Made by a program: the position numbers and the translations under genes. Below are positions 1 to 9,190 of a stretch of DNA of 46,957 nt, one piece after another (within the stretch, counting starts at the first letter, position 1; each line of letters begins with the position of its first letter). The stretch comes from Candidatus Opitulatrix roisinitermitis. GTDB lineage: Bacteria > Actinomycetota > Actinomycetes > Actinomycetales > Bifidobacteriaceae. The DNA lies in contig JAITSB010000051.1 of assembly GCA_031288095.1 (NCBI GenBank), positions 1 through 46,957 on the forward strand, in the 5' to 3' direction. Below the pieces are notes generated by a model. The model did no database searches, was not told where the DNA came from, and saw nothing but the letters and a program-made list of their open reading frames with translations.

Positions 1-1069
1 TATAATCTTCAATTGCTAAAGATGTATTATTTTTAGTGGTAAATTCAATAATAGCCGACAATATTTTTATACTATTCTCATCTAATTTATCAAGAATTTC
101 AATATTTTCAGCAACTATTGTTCCATCTGTGATTGTGCCCGTTTTGTCCAAACATAAAGTATCCACCCTAGCCAAGCCTTCCACTGCTGGCAGTTGCTGA
201 ATTATAACTTTTTGACGCGCTAAAATAATAACTGCCAAAGCAAAATTAAATGACGTTAAAAGGACTAGCCCTTCCGGAATCATACCAACTATTCCAGCAG
301 TGGCCTGCACCACAGCCTCTTTCCACTGTCCATTTATAAATATGTCATTTATAGATCCGTATTCCCTCGCTTGGGAATAAAGCAAAAGCAAAGCAATCGG
401 CAAAATTCCAAAAGATATATATTTTAAAATTTTGTTAACTCCATCAACTAAATCAGATTTAATTAGTTTATATTTTTTAGCCTCAATAGCTATTTTCTCA
501 ATATATGAATCAGCCCCAACCGCCCGAACTAGACAAATAGCGCTGCCTGAAACCGCAACTGAAACTGACAAAACTTCATCATTTGTCCGCTTTTTCACAG
601 TGTCAGATTCACCTGTCAAAATAGATTGATCCACTTCTAATCCATTAGATTTCAGAACTTTTCCGTCTATAACAATTTGATCACCGCTAGATATATAAAC
701 CGCGTCACCTGCTCTAACCTGATCTATTTCTGCTTCTTCTATGTCTTGTTCTATTTGCGAATTTGTTTTATCTTCAAGTATTTTTTGAAAATTGCTCTCT
801 GAAAGATTTTGAAACTTGGCTTTTTTCAAAATTTTTACCTTGTTAGCAATTAATATAGATAACTTATCTAAATCTCGTTTAGCTTTTACCTCCACCACTA
901 TTCCAATTAACATATTTATAAACACCACTATTACAAATAAGGCATCTTGCGGTGAACCAGCTAGAATCACTAAACAAAAACAGACTGCTAAAAGGCCATT
1001 AAAAACAGTAAAAGTGTTTTCTAGAAGAATTGAAGTATATGAGCGTGATGTTTTATTCAATTGTTTCAT
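1..1069 (-). CDS. P-type (E1-E2) cation-transporting ATPase, first 356 codons; 3' end lies beyond the left window edge
   Basis: Absent from the ORF track because it is truncated by the window. My translation of the minus strand from ATG 1069-1067 gives MKQLNKTSRSYTSILLENTF... It contains the actuator motif ILTGESDTV (TGES = nt 616-605) and the phospho-aspartate motif LCLDKTGTITDG (DKTGT = nt 148-134). The start overlaps the stop of the upstream permease by 17 nt. Confidence 0.85.
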   Translation of the reverse strand, partial: MKQLNKTSRSYTSILLENTFTVFNGLLAVCFCLVILAGSPQDALFVIVVFINMLIGIVVEVKAKRDLDKLSILIANKVKILKKAKFQNLSESNFQKILEDKTNSQIEQDIEEAEIDQVRAGDAVYISSGDQIVIDGKVLKSNGLEVDQSILTGESDTVKKRTNDEVLSVSVAVSGSAICLVRAVGADSYIEKIAIEAKKYKLIKSDLVDGVNKILKYISFGILPIALLLLYSQAREYGSINDIFINGQWKEAVVQATAGIVGMIPEGLVLLTSFNFALAVIILARQKVIIQQLPAVEGLARVDTLCLDKTGTITDGTIVAENIEILDKLDENSIKILSAIIEFTTKNNTSLAIEDY

Positions 1070-3008
1070 CAAGTCTCCACGGAACAGACGAAACTATTAC
1101 TCCGTTAATATAATGAAGCTGGGTTTTGATTCTAAATGCGGATTGATTGTGTAAAAACTGCTCATACCATTTGCTTGCCACAAATTCAGGAATATAGACT
1201 ATTATCATATCGTTAGGGTTGGTTTTACGTTGTTTTTTAATATAATTTATAATTGGACGAGTTATTTGTCTATAAGGTGATTCTATTATTTTTAGAGGAA
1301 TTCCTAAATCCTGTTTTAAATACTCATTTTCCAGCTTTTGAGTATCTTTATTATCAACTGCCACAGTTAGGGCCTCTATACTATCAGGATTGGAAAATTT
1401 TGCATAAGATAAAGTTTTTATGGCTGGTCTCGTTATATTAGAAATTAAAACAATAGCTCTAGTTTTGCCAGAAATTGTTCTAATTTTCTTATTGTTTGCC
1501 CTAACTCTAAGCTGTTTAGCAACTTTATTATAATGTTTATAAATTTTTGTCATAAGAAAATAAAAAATAGCCATCATAAATATTGAAATATAAGCCCCAT
1601 GAACAAATTTTGTTATTATAACAATTATTAAAACGGTTAAAGTCATAAAAAAACCAACGCTGTTTATAATCCGAGATCTCTTCATTTTTTTAATTTGCTT
1701 TTCATCATCGCAAACTTTCAACAATTTATTCCAATGAATAATCATCGAAAGCTGAGAAAATGTGAAACTTATAAAAACTCCAACTATATATAGTTGTATT
1801 AATTTTGAAGTGTCCGCTCCTGAAATTATAATTAAAATTGCTGAAATAATCGCTAAAATCATAATCCCATTAGAATATGCCAATCTACCGCCTCTAGTAT
1901 AGAATTGGTGTGGAAAATATTTTGCTTTAGCTAAAACGCTTCCTAAAACCGGAAAGCCGTTAAAGGCGGTATTTGCTGCCAAAATCAGAATTAAACCTGT
2001 GACAATAGAAACTATAAAAAACAATAAAGAAAAGGAATCCGACAAAGCAAAAGCTAATTGTCCTATAGCGGGAATTTGAAAATAACTATCTGGCATAGGC
2101 ATACCGTTTATAGTTAAATCTTCCGCTGGATTATTAACGTATTTAACACCTGTGATATTTGATAGAAATAAAATACTTATCAACATAATAGTGCTTATAA
2201 GTCCAAGAATCAAAAGAGTTGAAGCAGCGTTTTTGGATTTTGGCTTACGAAAAGCTGGCACGCCATTAGAAATAGCCTCAACACCTGTTAAAGCAGTGCA
2301 TCCAGAAGCAAAAGCTCTAGCCACTAAAAAAACAGCCGCAAAACCGAAAATCCCATCTCGAAATTCTGAATTTGCCACAACTCCTAAATGGGCTGTGGGT
2401 GCATGGCCCAAAGAGCCTGTGAAATACTCCCAAAAACCAAAAACTATTATTACCCCCATAAGGAATATAAATAGATAAACCGGTATTGCAAAAAAAGCAC
2501 CTGATTCTTTTACTCCTCGCAAATTCATAATCACTAAAAGACATAAAATAATTCCACACATAAGCAATTTATGATTGCCAATTTGCGGAACTATTGACAA
2601 AAAATATTGAGCCCCGCTAGATATTGAAACAGACACTGTCAAAATATAATCTACTATCAAAGCCGCTGCCACACCTATGCCGAATTTACTTGATAAATTA
2701 TCACTTACAACTTCAAAATCTCCGCCGCCTGATGGATAGGCATGAACATTTTGACGATAAGATGCCACAACCACAAGCATAACAGCCACAACTGCTAACC
2801 CGACCCAGACTGAGCCGGAAGAAAAAAGTATTCCAGCCATTGAAAGAGTTAAAATAATTTCATCAGGAGCATAAGCCACAGATGATAAAGCATCTGACGC
2901 AAAAACCGGCAGGGCTATATATTTCGGAAGCAGAACATCCGATTCAGAATCTGATGAAAGAGGTTTTCCAAATACAGTTTGTTTTAAACCATATAGTATT
3001 TTTTCCAC
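1053..3008 (-). CDS. APC-superfamily permease with soluble C-terminal domain (M. tuberculosis Rv2690c-like); substrate unknown
   Basis: 651-aa ORF that is hydrophobic and multi-TM for about 450 aa, then hydrophilic. The N-terminal signature LPVFASDALSSVAYAPDEI is as I recall for this actinobacterial permease family. Confidence 0.7.
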   Translation of the reverse strand: MEKILYGLKQTVFGKPLSSDSESDVLLPKYIALPVFASDALSSVAYAPDEIILTLSMAGILFSSGSVWVGLAVVAVMLVVVASYRQNVHAYPSGGGDFEVVSDNLSSKFGIGVAAALIVDYILTVSVSISSGAQYFLSIVPQIGNHKLLMCGIILCLLVIMNLRGVKESGAFFAIPVYLFIFLMGVIIVFGFWEYFTGSLGHAPTAHLGVVANSEFRDGIFGFAAVFLVARAFASGCTALTGVEAISNGVPAFRKPKSKNAASTLLILGLISTIMLISILFLSNITGVKYVNNPAEDLTINGMPMPDSYFQIPAIGQLAFALSDSFSLLFFIVSIVTGLILILAANTAFNGFPVLGSVLAKAKYFPHQFYTRGGRLAYSNGIMILAIISAILIIISGADTSKLIQLYIVGVFISFTFSQLSMIIHWNKLLKVCDDEKQIKKMKRSRIINSVGFFMTLTVLIIVIITKFVHGAYISIFMMAIFYFLMTKIYKHYNKVAKQLRVRANNKKIRTISGKTRAIVLISNITRPAIKTLSYAKFSNPDSIEALTVAVDNKDTQKLENEYLKQDLGIPLKIIESPYRQITRPIINYIKKQRKTNPNDMIIVYIPEFVASKWYEQFLHNQSAFRIKTQLHYINGVIVSSVPWRLDETIE

Positions 3009-3026
3009 ATATACAAGTCTAACATA

Positions 3027-4445
3027 TTATAACGAGTGTCCAACATCATGAACAGTGATTGAATTGGTTGAGCCAATCTGACCAAAAACTGAACCAAAAA
3101 CAATTACGACTTTATCACCAGTTTCAACCATTCCGGCGCCTTTTAAAGTGATATCAGCTTTATGCAAAGCATCTTTCATATTCTCGGGCTCGCCTGACAA
3201 ATATGACCAAGAACCCCATGTTAAAGATAATGCTCTATGGGCATGTTCTTCGCTAGTTAAAGCATAAATAGGTATTCTTGTTCTCATTCTAGCAATTCTG
3301 TTAACAGTGTTGCCGCTAGTTGTAAAAACCGCTATACATTTTGCATTAATAGTTTCAGCTATTCTAACCGCGGAAAACGCAATAGCCCCGCCGCCGGCCC
3401 AATCATAATCAGAAATTGTCGGAATCAAATCTAAACCATTATCTGTTTGATATTCGCTTATTTTTGACATAATTTCAATTGTTTCTATAGGATATTTGCC
3501 AACAGACGTCTCACCTGATGTCATAGTAGCATCGGCTCCTTCAATCACAGCAATTGCACAATCGTTTATTTCTGCTCTAGTAGGGGTTGGATTATCAGTC
3601 ATAGATTCAAGCATTTGAGTAGCAATTATAACAGGTTTAGCAAATTTACGAGACAAATTAATGCATTTCCTTTGAATTATAGGAACCTGCTCTAAAGGAC
3701 ATTCCACCGCTAAATCTCCCCTAGCTACCATAATCCCATCAAAAACTTTTATAATTGCTTCTAAATTTTTCACAGCTTGAGGTTTTTCTATTTTAGCAAT
3801 AATTGGTATTTGACGGCCTTCTTCCTCCATAATTTGACGAGTCTTTATAATATCATCAGGTGATCTAACAAAACTCATAGCAATTAAATCAGCTCCTGTT
3901 TTTATGCCCCAGCGTAAATCTTCTTCATCTTTTTGGGTAAGAGCTGGAATAGAAACTGCCACGCCTGGCAAATTTAAACCCTTATGGTCTGAAACTGGTC
4001 CGCCAACTTTCACTTTAGTTACGACTTCGTTTCCCTTAACTTCAACCACTTCAAGCCTAACTTTCCCGTCGTCCACCAGAAGCAATTCTCCCGGTTTGCA
4101 ATCTGCTGGCAAGCCTTTAAAAGTTGTCGAAACCTTTTTTTCATCACCTAAAATATCGTCCGTTGTTATAATAAATATATCATCTTTTGCTAAAACAGGT
4201 TTCTTGCCATCTGCAAAAGCACCCAGTCTTATTTTAGGACCTTGCAAATCCACTAACACAGCCGTGTTTCTGCCTAGCTCAGCACTGGCTTTACGTATAT
4301 TATTATATACTTTTAAATGAGTTTCGGGGTCCCCGTGTGAACGGTTCAATCTAGCAACATCCATGCCGGCAACTATTAATTTTCTAATTTGTTCATAGCT
4401 TTCTGTGACAGGACCTATTGTGGAAATAATTTTGGCTCGACGCAT
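3027..4445 (-). CDS. pyk: pyruvate kinase
   Basis: 472 aa. MRRAKIISTIGP...GMDVARLNRSHG, MVARGDLAVE and a C-terminal allosteric domain; full length. Confidence 0.95.
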   Translation of the reverse strand: MRRAKIISTIGPVTESYEQIRKLIVAGMDVARLNRSHGDPETHLKVYNNIRKASAELGRNTAVLVDLQGPKIRLGAFADGKKPVLAKDDIFIITTDDILGDEKKVSTTFKGLPADCKPGELLLVDDGKVRLEVVEVKGNEVVTKVKVGGPVSDHKGLNLPGVAVSIPALTQKDEEDLRWGIKTGADLIAMSFVRSPDDIIKTRQIMEEEGRQIPIIAKIEKPQAVKNLEAIIKVFDGIMVARGDLAVECPLEQVPIIQRKCINLSRKFAKPVIIATQMLESMTDNPTPTRAEINDCAIAVIEGADATMTSGETSVGKYPIETIEIMSKISEYQTDNGLDLIPTISDYDWAGGGAIAFSAVRIAETINAKCIAVFTTSGNTVNRIARMRTRIPIYALTSEEHAHRALSLTWGSWSYLSGEPENMKDALHKADITLKGAGMVETGDKVVIVFGSVFGQIGSTNSITVHDVGHSL

Positions 4446-4538
4446 ATAAACTCCTACTAATTATCTGTTTATTATTTTCATTATACTATGTAGTTTCTAG
4501 CATTTTTAGTTTAGCATTATTATTTTTCAAAACTGCTT

Positions 4539-5738
4539 TTACAAAATATTTTCGTAAACTTTTTGGGTTTGTTCGGCAATTTTATTCCATGTAAAATTAT
4601 TTTCTACCCTATTTCTGCCAGCCTGACCATATTTTTTAGCCAAAGGCAAATTAGAAAAAATTTTATTTATAGCTTCGGCAAAATCATTAACAAAATTATC
4701 TGGTGAAATGGGTTCACCAGTAATAGGCTTCTGTTCAATATCAACCAAAATACCTGTTTGTTTATCTAAAACAACTTCAGGGATGCCGCCTGTTTTAGTA
4801 GCCACAACCGGCAAAGATAATGCCATAGCCTCTAAATTGACTATTCCTAGCGGCTCATATATAGAAGGACACAAAAATACATCTGACATTTGCAAAACGC
4901 ATTTAAGGCTATCTAAGGGCAACATATCAGAAATCATAACTACATTACCTCTTTTGCTTTGAAGATCTTTATAAAGCATCTGAACTTCTTCCGCTATTTC
5001 TTTAGTGTCAGGAGCGCCAGCGCACAAAATCACTTGAATATCATTGGGGACTTTTAACAAAGCTTTCATTAAATAAGGCAGACCTTTTTGACGAGTGATT
5101 CTGCCCACAAAAACTGCTGTTGGCACATCAGGTTTTATTTTATATTTTTTCTCCAAATTGGTTTTAATTTCAAAATATTTATCTGCTGGCAATTCTTTAA
5201 ATTTATTTATATCTATACCATTTAAAATAGTGAATACCTTATCAGGACTTACTTGCGGATAGCAACTTAAAATATCTTTTTTCATAGCTTGTGAAACTGC
5301 TATTATTGCATCAGCCGTTTGATAAGCAGATTTTTCTATAAAACTAGAAATTGCATACCCCCCGCCCAGCTGTTCAGCTTTCCAAGGCCTTAAAGGTTCT
5401 AAAGAATGAGCTGTTATAATATGAGGTATGTCAAGATTTTTAGAAACCAAAAAACCTGCTAAATTAGCATACCAAGTATGAGAATGAACTAAATCGGTTT
5501 GTTTTATATCATTAGCTATCTGATTATCAACATCTATTATTTGCCAAACGCCTTTTAGATCAGCTGATTGAGGGCTATAACCAAAAACATCTATTTCCTC
5601 TCTTGGGCCTTCAAAACACCTTATTCTGACATTTATATCCGCTATTTTTTTTAATGCTTCTGACAACTCTGTTACGTGAACACCTGCTCCTCCATACACA
5701 TAAGGCGGATATTCACGAGTTATCATATCTGTCTGCAT
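4539..5738 (-). CDS. glgA: GT4 glycosyltransferase, actinobacterial (Corynebacterium-type) glycogen synthase GlgA/GlgM
   Basis: 399 aa. N-terminus REYPPYVYGGAGVHVTEL and the C-terminal E-x7-E region (PSIYEPLGIVNLEAMA) are typical of this family. Confidence 0.8.
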   Translation of the reverse strand: MQTDMITREYPPYVYGGAGVHVTELSEALKKIADINVRIRCFEGPREEIDVFGYSPQSADLKGVWQIIDVDNQIANDIKQTDLVHSHTWYANLAGFLVSKNLDIPHIITAHSLEPLRPWKAEQLGGGYAISSFIEKSAYQTADAIIAVSQAMKKDILSCYPQVSPDKVFTILNGIDINKFKELPADKYFEIKTNLEKKYKIKPDVPTAVFVGRITRQKGLPYLMKALLKVPNDIQVILCAGAPDTKEIAEEVQMLYKDLQSKRGNVVMISDMLPLDSLKCVLQMSDVFLCPSIYEPLGIVNLEAMALSLPVVATKTGGIPEVVLDKQTGILVDIEQKPITGEPISPDNFVNDFAEAINKIFSNLPLAKKYGQAGRNRVENNFTWNKIAEQTQKVYENIL

Positions 5739-5774
5739 ACTAACATTTTATCACAATATAGTCTCTTGTTGTTG

Positions 5775-5780
5775 TAGACT
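5775..5780 (+). promoter_or_regulatory. -10-like hexamer TAGACT 8 nt upstream of tRNA-Arg
   Basis: TAnnnT hexamer. The spacing matches the -10-like boxes upstream of the other two tRNA genes in the window. Confidence 0.3.
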
Positions 5781-5788
5781 TATATTAA

Positions 5789-5862
5789 CCCCGCATAGCT
5801 CAGCAGGATAGAGCATCCCCCTCCTAAGGGGAAGGTCGCATGTTCGAATCATGTTGCGGGGG
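5789..5862 (+). tRNA. tRNA-Arg (anticodon CCU)
   Basis: Hand-folded cloverleaf. Acceptor CCCCGCA/TGCGGGG, D-arm GCTC..GAGC, anticodon arm TCCCC-CTCCTAA-GGGGA, variable AGGTC, T-arm GCATG-TTCGAAT-CATGT, discriminator G. No encoded CCA. Confidence 0.9.
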
Positions 5863-5874
5863 CATTATTTTTAG

Positions 5875-5980
5875 CCTTTTGCTACGCTATCAGAGGATTC
5901 GAAAAAAGTTGACAATCCAACAGCCAAACTCCTAAAAAGCTGTTTTGAATATTTTGATTCATAAATAGCGTAGCAAAAGG
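5875..5980. repeat. perfect 16-bp inverted repeat (CCTTTTGCTACGCTAT / ATAGCGTAGCAAAAGG) enclosing 74 nt
   Basis: Arms at 5875-5890 and 5965-5980, read directly. Lies between tRNA-Arg and the stop codon of the SSB paralogue. Confidence 0.85.
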
Positions 5981-5988
5981 AAGTTTAT

Positions 5989-6459
5989 TTATTTACCTAA
6001 TTTAGCTTTTTGCTTTACAGGATTATTTTTGCCTTTATTTTGCGAAATTGAATCAACTAAAACTGAATCAGCTGTTATATCAGAATTTTCGCTAGTTTTA
6101 TTTCGGTTAATTGTGCAAATACCTTTAGTCATATTAAATAAGATTTTATTCGCTAAAATAGTTGGCACAGTATGCACAACATTATCCTTATCGGTATATT
6201 CGTCCATAGTAAAATGGCCTTCAACATAAACAGGATCTGCTTTATAAACAGAATTTGCTACATTCTCTGCCAAAGTTCCCCAAGCTTTAACTGACAGCCA
6301 TGTAGTAGATCCATTTGACCAAACACCTGTCTTATCCTTATATCTATCAGTATGCGCCATTCTAAAATTGACATAATTTTTGTTATCTTTTTCGCCAACA
6401 AAGTATTTTGGATCATCTCCCACAAAACCCTCAGCTGATATTGTTAGTGTATTGCTCAT
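5989..6459 (-). CDS. single-stranded DNA-binding protein paralogue (OB fold) with basic C-terminus
   Basis: 156 aa with an SSB-like OB-fold pattern (VNFRMAH...WLSVKAWGTLAENVANSVYKADPVYVEGHF). The C-terminus is ...NKGKNNPVKQKAKLGK and lacks the acidic D/E-PF tip. Not in the rpsF-ssb-rpsR context. Confidence 0.65.
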   Translation of the reverse strand: MSNTLTISAEGFVGDDPKYFVGEKDNKNYVNFRMAHTDRYKDKTGVWSNGSTTWLSVKAWGTLAENVANSVYKADPVYVEGHFTMDEYTDKDNVVHTVPTILANKILFNMTKGICTINRNKTSENSDITADSVLVDSISQNKGKNNPVKQKAKLGK

Positions 6460-6596
6460 ATATTTTCCTTTCGTAACTCAAAAATAATTGCTTTTATAGA
6501 TTGACATTTTTGATAACAATAGTCAATTATGATAATTTAAATTGTTGAAAACTTTATTTTAAAGCCGTGTTTATAGGAAAAATTTTTTTTATTTTT

Positions 6597-6683
6597 TAAA
6601 ATTTTTTAGTGTTTGATTTTTTTTAAATTTTTTTAATGTTTTGTTTTTTTATTTTAAAAATTCTTTAATGTTTTATTTATTTT
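6597..6683. repeat. three degenerate ~29-nt T-rich tandem units (AAAWTTYTTTARTGTTTKRTTTWTTTT)
   Basis: Units at about 6597-6624, 6625-6655 and 6656-6683. Lies immediately 3' of the MerR-family gene. Confidence 0.5.
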
Positions 6684-7221
6684 ACGCCGAAGTTGCAATT
6701 CTAACCTGTGTGAACTCATCAAGCTGATGCTCGTCAGAAAAATCAACTTGTTTCACATTAGCTAATGACTCTTCAACATCTTGAAAAATGCCATCCAGAG
6801 TAATAGAAAAAACACCTTGCCCTTCTCGCAAAATGTCATAAACCTCTTCTTTAGATCTACACGCATACACAGAAGTGCCGTCCGACACAATTGTGGCATC
6901 TTTCAAATTTTCAAATTCTGTTTTCATTTTATTTATAGCAGTTCTAACTTTCTGCAAAGATATTCCTAAGTCTCCTGTGATCTTAGCAATTAATCTTATA
7001 AAAACTATATCTTTAAAACTATAAAGTCTATGAACACCAGAAGAGTGAGAAACTCTAATAGATGGCGTAACTAATCCTGTGGTCGTCCAATAATCCAGCT
7101 GACGAAAAGTTATTCCCACAGCTGAGCACACTTGGGGGCCTTTATATCCAGCCTTATCGAATTTGCTTGGTTCAGCCTTTAGCTGAAAAAGCTCTCCCTG
7201 TTTAAAGTTGTTTGTTTTCAT
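6682..7221 (-). CDS. MerR-family transcriptional regulator (Rv1828/FtsR-like)
   Basis: 179 aa. N-terminal HTH CSAVGITFRQLDYWTTTGLVTPS. Conserved position downstream of garA, as in other Actinomycetota. Confidence 0.75.
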   Translation of the reverse strand: MKTNNFKQGELFQLKAEPSKFDKAGYKGPQVCSAVGITFRQLDYWTTTGLVTPSIRVSHSSGVHRLYSFKDIVFIRLIAKITGDLGISLQKVRTAINKMKTEFENLKDATIVSDGTSVYACRSKEEVYDILREGQGVFSITLDGIFQDVEESLANVKQVDFSDEHQLDEFTQVRIATSA

Positions 7222-7381
7222 ATTTTTCCTTAAGTTAACTTTTAACTATAATATAGATTAACATTTAACAAAAGTCAACACACCATAGTCTTGTGAAAAT
7301 TTTGTAAAAGACATATTTTTTAAAAACATATATTATTTTTTGCACTGGTTTGCATTTGCTACAAATTTCTTTTAAATACTT

Positions 7382-7816
7382 TTATTTATTAACGTTCTTG
7401 TCGTTGGCAAAGAAAACAAAATGATATTTACCAATCAATATTTTATCTCCACTGTTAATTTTTGCTTCATTTTCTATTCGATTACCATTTATATATGTTC
7501 CGTTCAATGATGCTAAATCTTTCAGGGTCCAATTATTGTCTTGCCGAGTTATTAAGGCATGTTTTCTAGAAATAGTATTGTCATCTAATAAAATATCAGC
7601 TGACTCATTACGGCCTATTAAAGTGGTTGGAGTATTTAATAAATACCTAGCATCTATTTGCCCGTCTTTATGCTCTAATAACAAAGCAGTGCCTAATTCT
7701 AATTTTGAAATTACATCTATTTCTTCTGATGAAAGAGCAAATAGCTCATCAGTGTATGTAGCATCTGTTTTGGGCAAGCCAATAGATGTGTAATCATTGA
7801 TATCAGGCAAAGGCAT
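7382..7816 (-). CDS. garA: FHA-domain regulator, GarA/OdhI type
   Basis: 144 aa. GRNESADILLDDNTISRKHALI, ASLNGTYING and IGKYHFVFF align with remembered GarA (GRHPDSDIFLDDVTVSRRHAEF, GSLNGTYVN, IGKFRLVFL). Thr-rich N-terminal tail. Confidence 0.8.
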   Translation of the reverse strand: MPLPDINDYTSIGLPKTDATYTDELFALSSEEIDVISKLELGTALLLEHKDGQIDARYLLNTPTTLIGRNESADILLDDNTISRKHALITRQDNNWTLKDLASLNGTYINGNRIENEAKINSGDKILIGKYHFVFFANDKNVNK

Positions 7817-7823
7817 AATAATA

Positions 7824-8384
7824 TTATTTTATACTATTTTTTTGATATTTATAAACTATACTAAAATAATGTGCGCCGGCTAATAGATGCAAACTAATTC
7901 CCCAAATTGTGCCAGCCCAGCCCAAAGACCATAATAAATTATTGTTAGTGTCAATTATATTTGACAAATAAATAATTGGTAAAGAATATAGCAGCAAGGC
8001 TGTTGACACTTTGCCCAAAATGCTAACAGGAACAGAGCCTATATTGAATTTCGCAAAATAAATCTGCAAAGAACCGACTAATAGTTCTCTGCTTAGCAAA
8101 ACTATAAACAGCCATAAAGGCAGTTTATTTTGAATACATAAAAAAATTATTAAACACAAAATATATAGCCTATCAGCCACAGGATCCAAAATTTGCCCCA
8201 ATTTGCTAATTTGATTAAATTTTCTAGCAATCACTCCATCTAGCCAATCTGATAAACCACTAACAACAACTAATAATAAAACCCATAAATCCTGATGGCT
8301 AGCAATGAAATAACATAAAGGAAAAATCAAGCAAATACGTAAAAAACTTATAATGTTAGGAATTGTCCAAATTTTATATTGCAT
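7824..8384 (-). CDS. pgsA: CDP-alcohol phosphatidyltransferase (PgsA-like)
   Basis: 186 aa, multi-TM. Motif DWLDGVIARKFNQISKLGQILDPVADR (D-G-x2-A-R-x8-G-x3-D-x3-D). Confidence 0.8.
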   Translation of the reverse strand: MQYKIWTIPNIISFLRICLIFPLCYFIASHQDLWVLLLVVVSGLSDWLDGVIARKFNQISKLGQILDPVADRLYILCLIIFLCIQNKLPLWLFIVLLSRELLVGSLQIYFAKFNIGSVPVSILGKVSTALLLYSLPIIYLSNIIDTNNNLLWSLGWAGTIWGISLHLLAGAHYFSIVYKYQKNSIK

Positions 8385-8413
8385 TTTATATAAAACTAAA
8401 TAATATTACAAAA

Positions 8414-9136
8414 CTAATCTTGATAAGCGTCAGATGCATTCTGCCGAATAGCCGAAATTTCTTTAGCTGGATCAGATGCTAAAAAGACTGCTGAACCTGC
8501 CACAAACACATTTGCACCGGACTCGGCCGCTAAATGAACATTTTTACTAGTGATTCCTCCGTCAACCTGTATATTGGTATTAAGATTATTTTTAGTTATA
8601 AAATTTCGTAAACGCCTAACTTTTGGCATTTGATGTTCTAAAAATTTCTGACCGCCAAACCCTGGTTCAACAGTCATAATCAAAACCATGTCAAATTCAT
8701 CTAAAATATCAAATAAAGGCTCCACTGGTTCAGCTGGGCGCAAAGCAATTGCTGCTTTACAGCCAATTTTGCGCAAAACTCTAGCTAATCTTACAGGAGC
8801 AGAAACTGCTAAATTATGAAAAGTAACTGAATCAGCCCCCATTTGAGCGTAGTCTATAGCCCATCTATCAGGATTTTCTATCATTAAATGAACATCTGAT
8901 TTTATAGGATTTACCTTTATATATCTTTCTACAACAGGTCCTCCAAAAGTTAAATTTGGCACAAAATGATAGTCCATAACATCTATATGAGCCCAATCAG
9001 CATTGGAAATAGAATTCAATTCTGATTCAATATTAGCAAAATCAGCAGACAAAATACTGGGCGAGATTTCAATTTGTGGCATACTATTAGTATATATCAT
9101 ATTTTCAATGAATAACTCCAAAAACAAAAACATCAA
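8414..9136 (-). CDS. rpe: ribulose-phosphate 3-epimerase (true start probably the internal ATG at 9082)
   Basis: MPQIEISPSILSADF...HIDVMDYHFVPNLTFG...MTVEPGFGGQKF...VDGGI. The first 18 codons of the ORF look like a spurious upstream extension. Confidence 0.9.
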   Translation of the reverse strand: MMFLFLELFIENMIYTNSMPQIEISPSILSADFANIESELNSISNADWAHIDVMDYHFVPNLTFGGPVVERYIKVNPIKSDVHLMIENPDRWAIDYAQMGADSVTFHNLAVSAPVRLARVLRKIGCKAAIALRPAEPVEPLFDILDEFDMVLIMTVEPGFGGQKFLEHQMPKVRRLRNFITKNNLNTNIQVDGGITSKNVHLAAESGANVFVAGSAVFLASDPAKEISAIRQNASDAYQD

Positions 9137-9190
9137 AAACCGGATAAAAGAATAAAATAAAGAAAATAGCGGAATTTCAAGGAGCTAAAA

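Noticed and set aside
432-1154. Plus-strand track ORFs 432-629 and 816-1154
   Set aside because: They lie antisense within the P-type ATPase reading frame, which carries TGES and DKTGT motifs. The peptides are low-complexity with no recognisable motifs.
2152-4320. Track ORFs 2152-2478(+), 2317-2559(-) and 3904-4320(+), plus similar antisense or out-of-frame ORFs elsewhere (e.g. 4708-4962, 6029-6229, 7536-7793, 16041-16415, 16480-16794, 21187-21580, 27125-27385, 35046-35633, 36508-37223, 38488-38709, 40820-41014)
   Set aside because: Each is fully embedded in a longer ORF that has clear family motifs. Such shadow ORFs are expected in AT-rich DNA, where stop codons in the antisense frame of Lys/Asn/Ile-rich genes are locally depleted.
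6501-6536. TTGACA followed by AATTAT/TATGAT/GATAAT boxes on the plus strand in the ssb-MerR spacer, as a promoter for an unannotated RNA
   Set aside because: Spacing to the best -10 candidates is 18-24 nt, which is suboptimal. There is no downstream plus-strand gene or structured element, and A/T-rich spacers produce many such matches by chance.
5739-6681. Possible integrated mobile element at tRNA-Arg (tRNA plus inverted repeat plus SSB paralogue plus AT-rich repeats)
   Set aside because: There is no integrase, excisionase, replication or phage gene, and no direct repeat of the tRNA 3' end that I could find. The block is only ~900 bp. It is kept only as a low-level note under the inverted-repeat finding.
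7205-7225. 10-bp palindrome AAGTTAACTT just upstream of the MerR-family gene start, as a possible operator
   Set aside because: It overlaps the likely ribosome-binding site (AAGGA). Short A/T palindromes are frequent at this base composition, and it has no second half-site spacing typical of MerR operators.
9083-9136. N-terminal 18-codon extension of rpe (MMFLFLELFIENMIYTNS)
   Set aside because: Rpe family proteins start close to the ...I.PSILSADF motif. The internal ATG at 9082 gives the expected N-terminus, so the extension is probably not translated.
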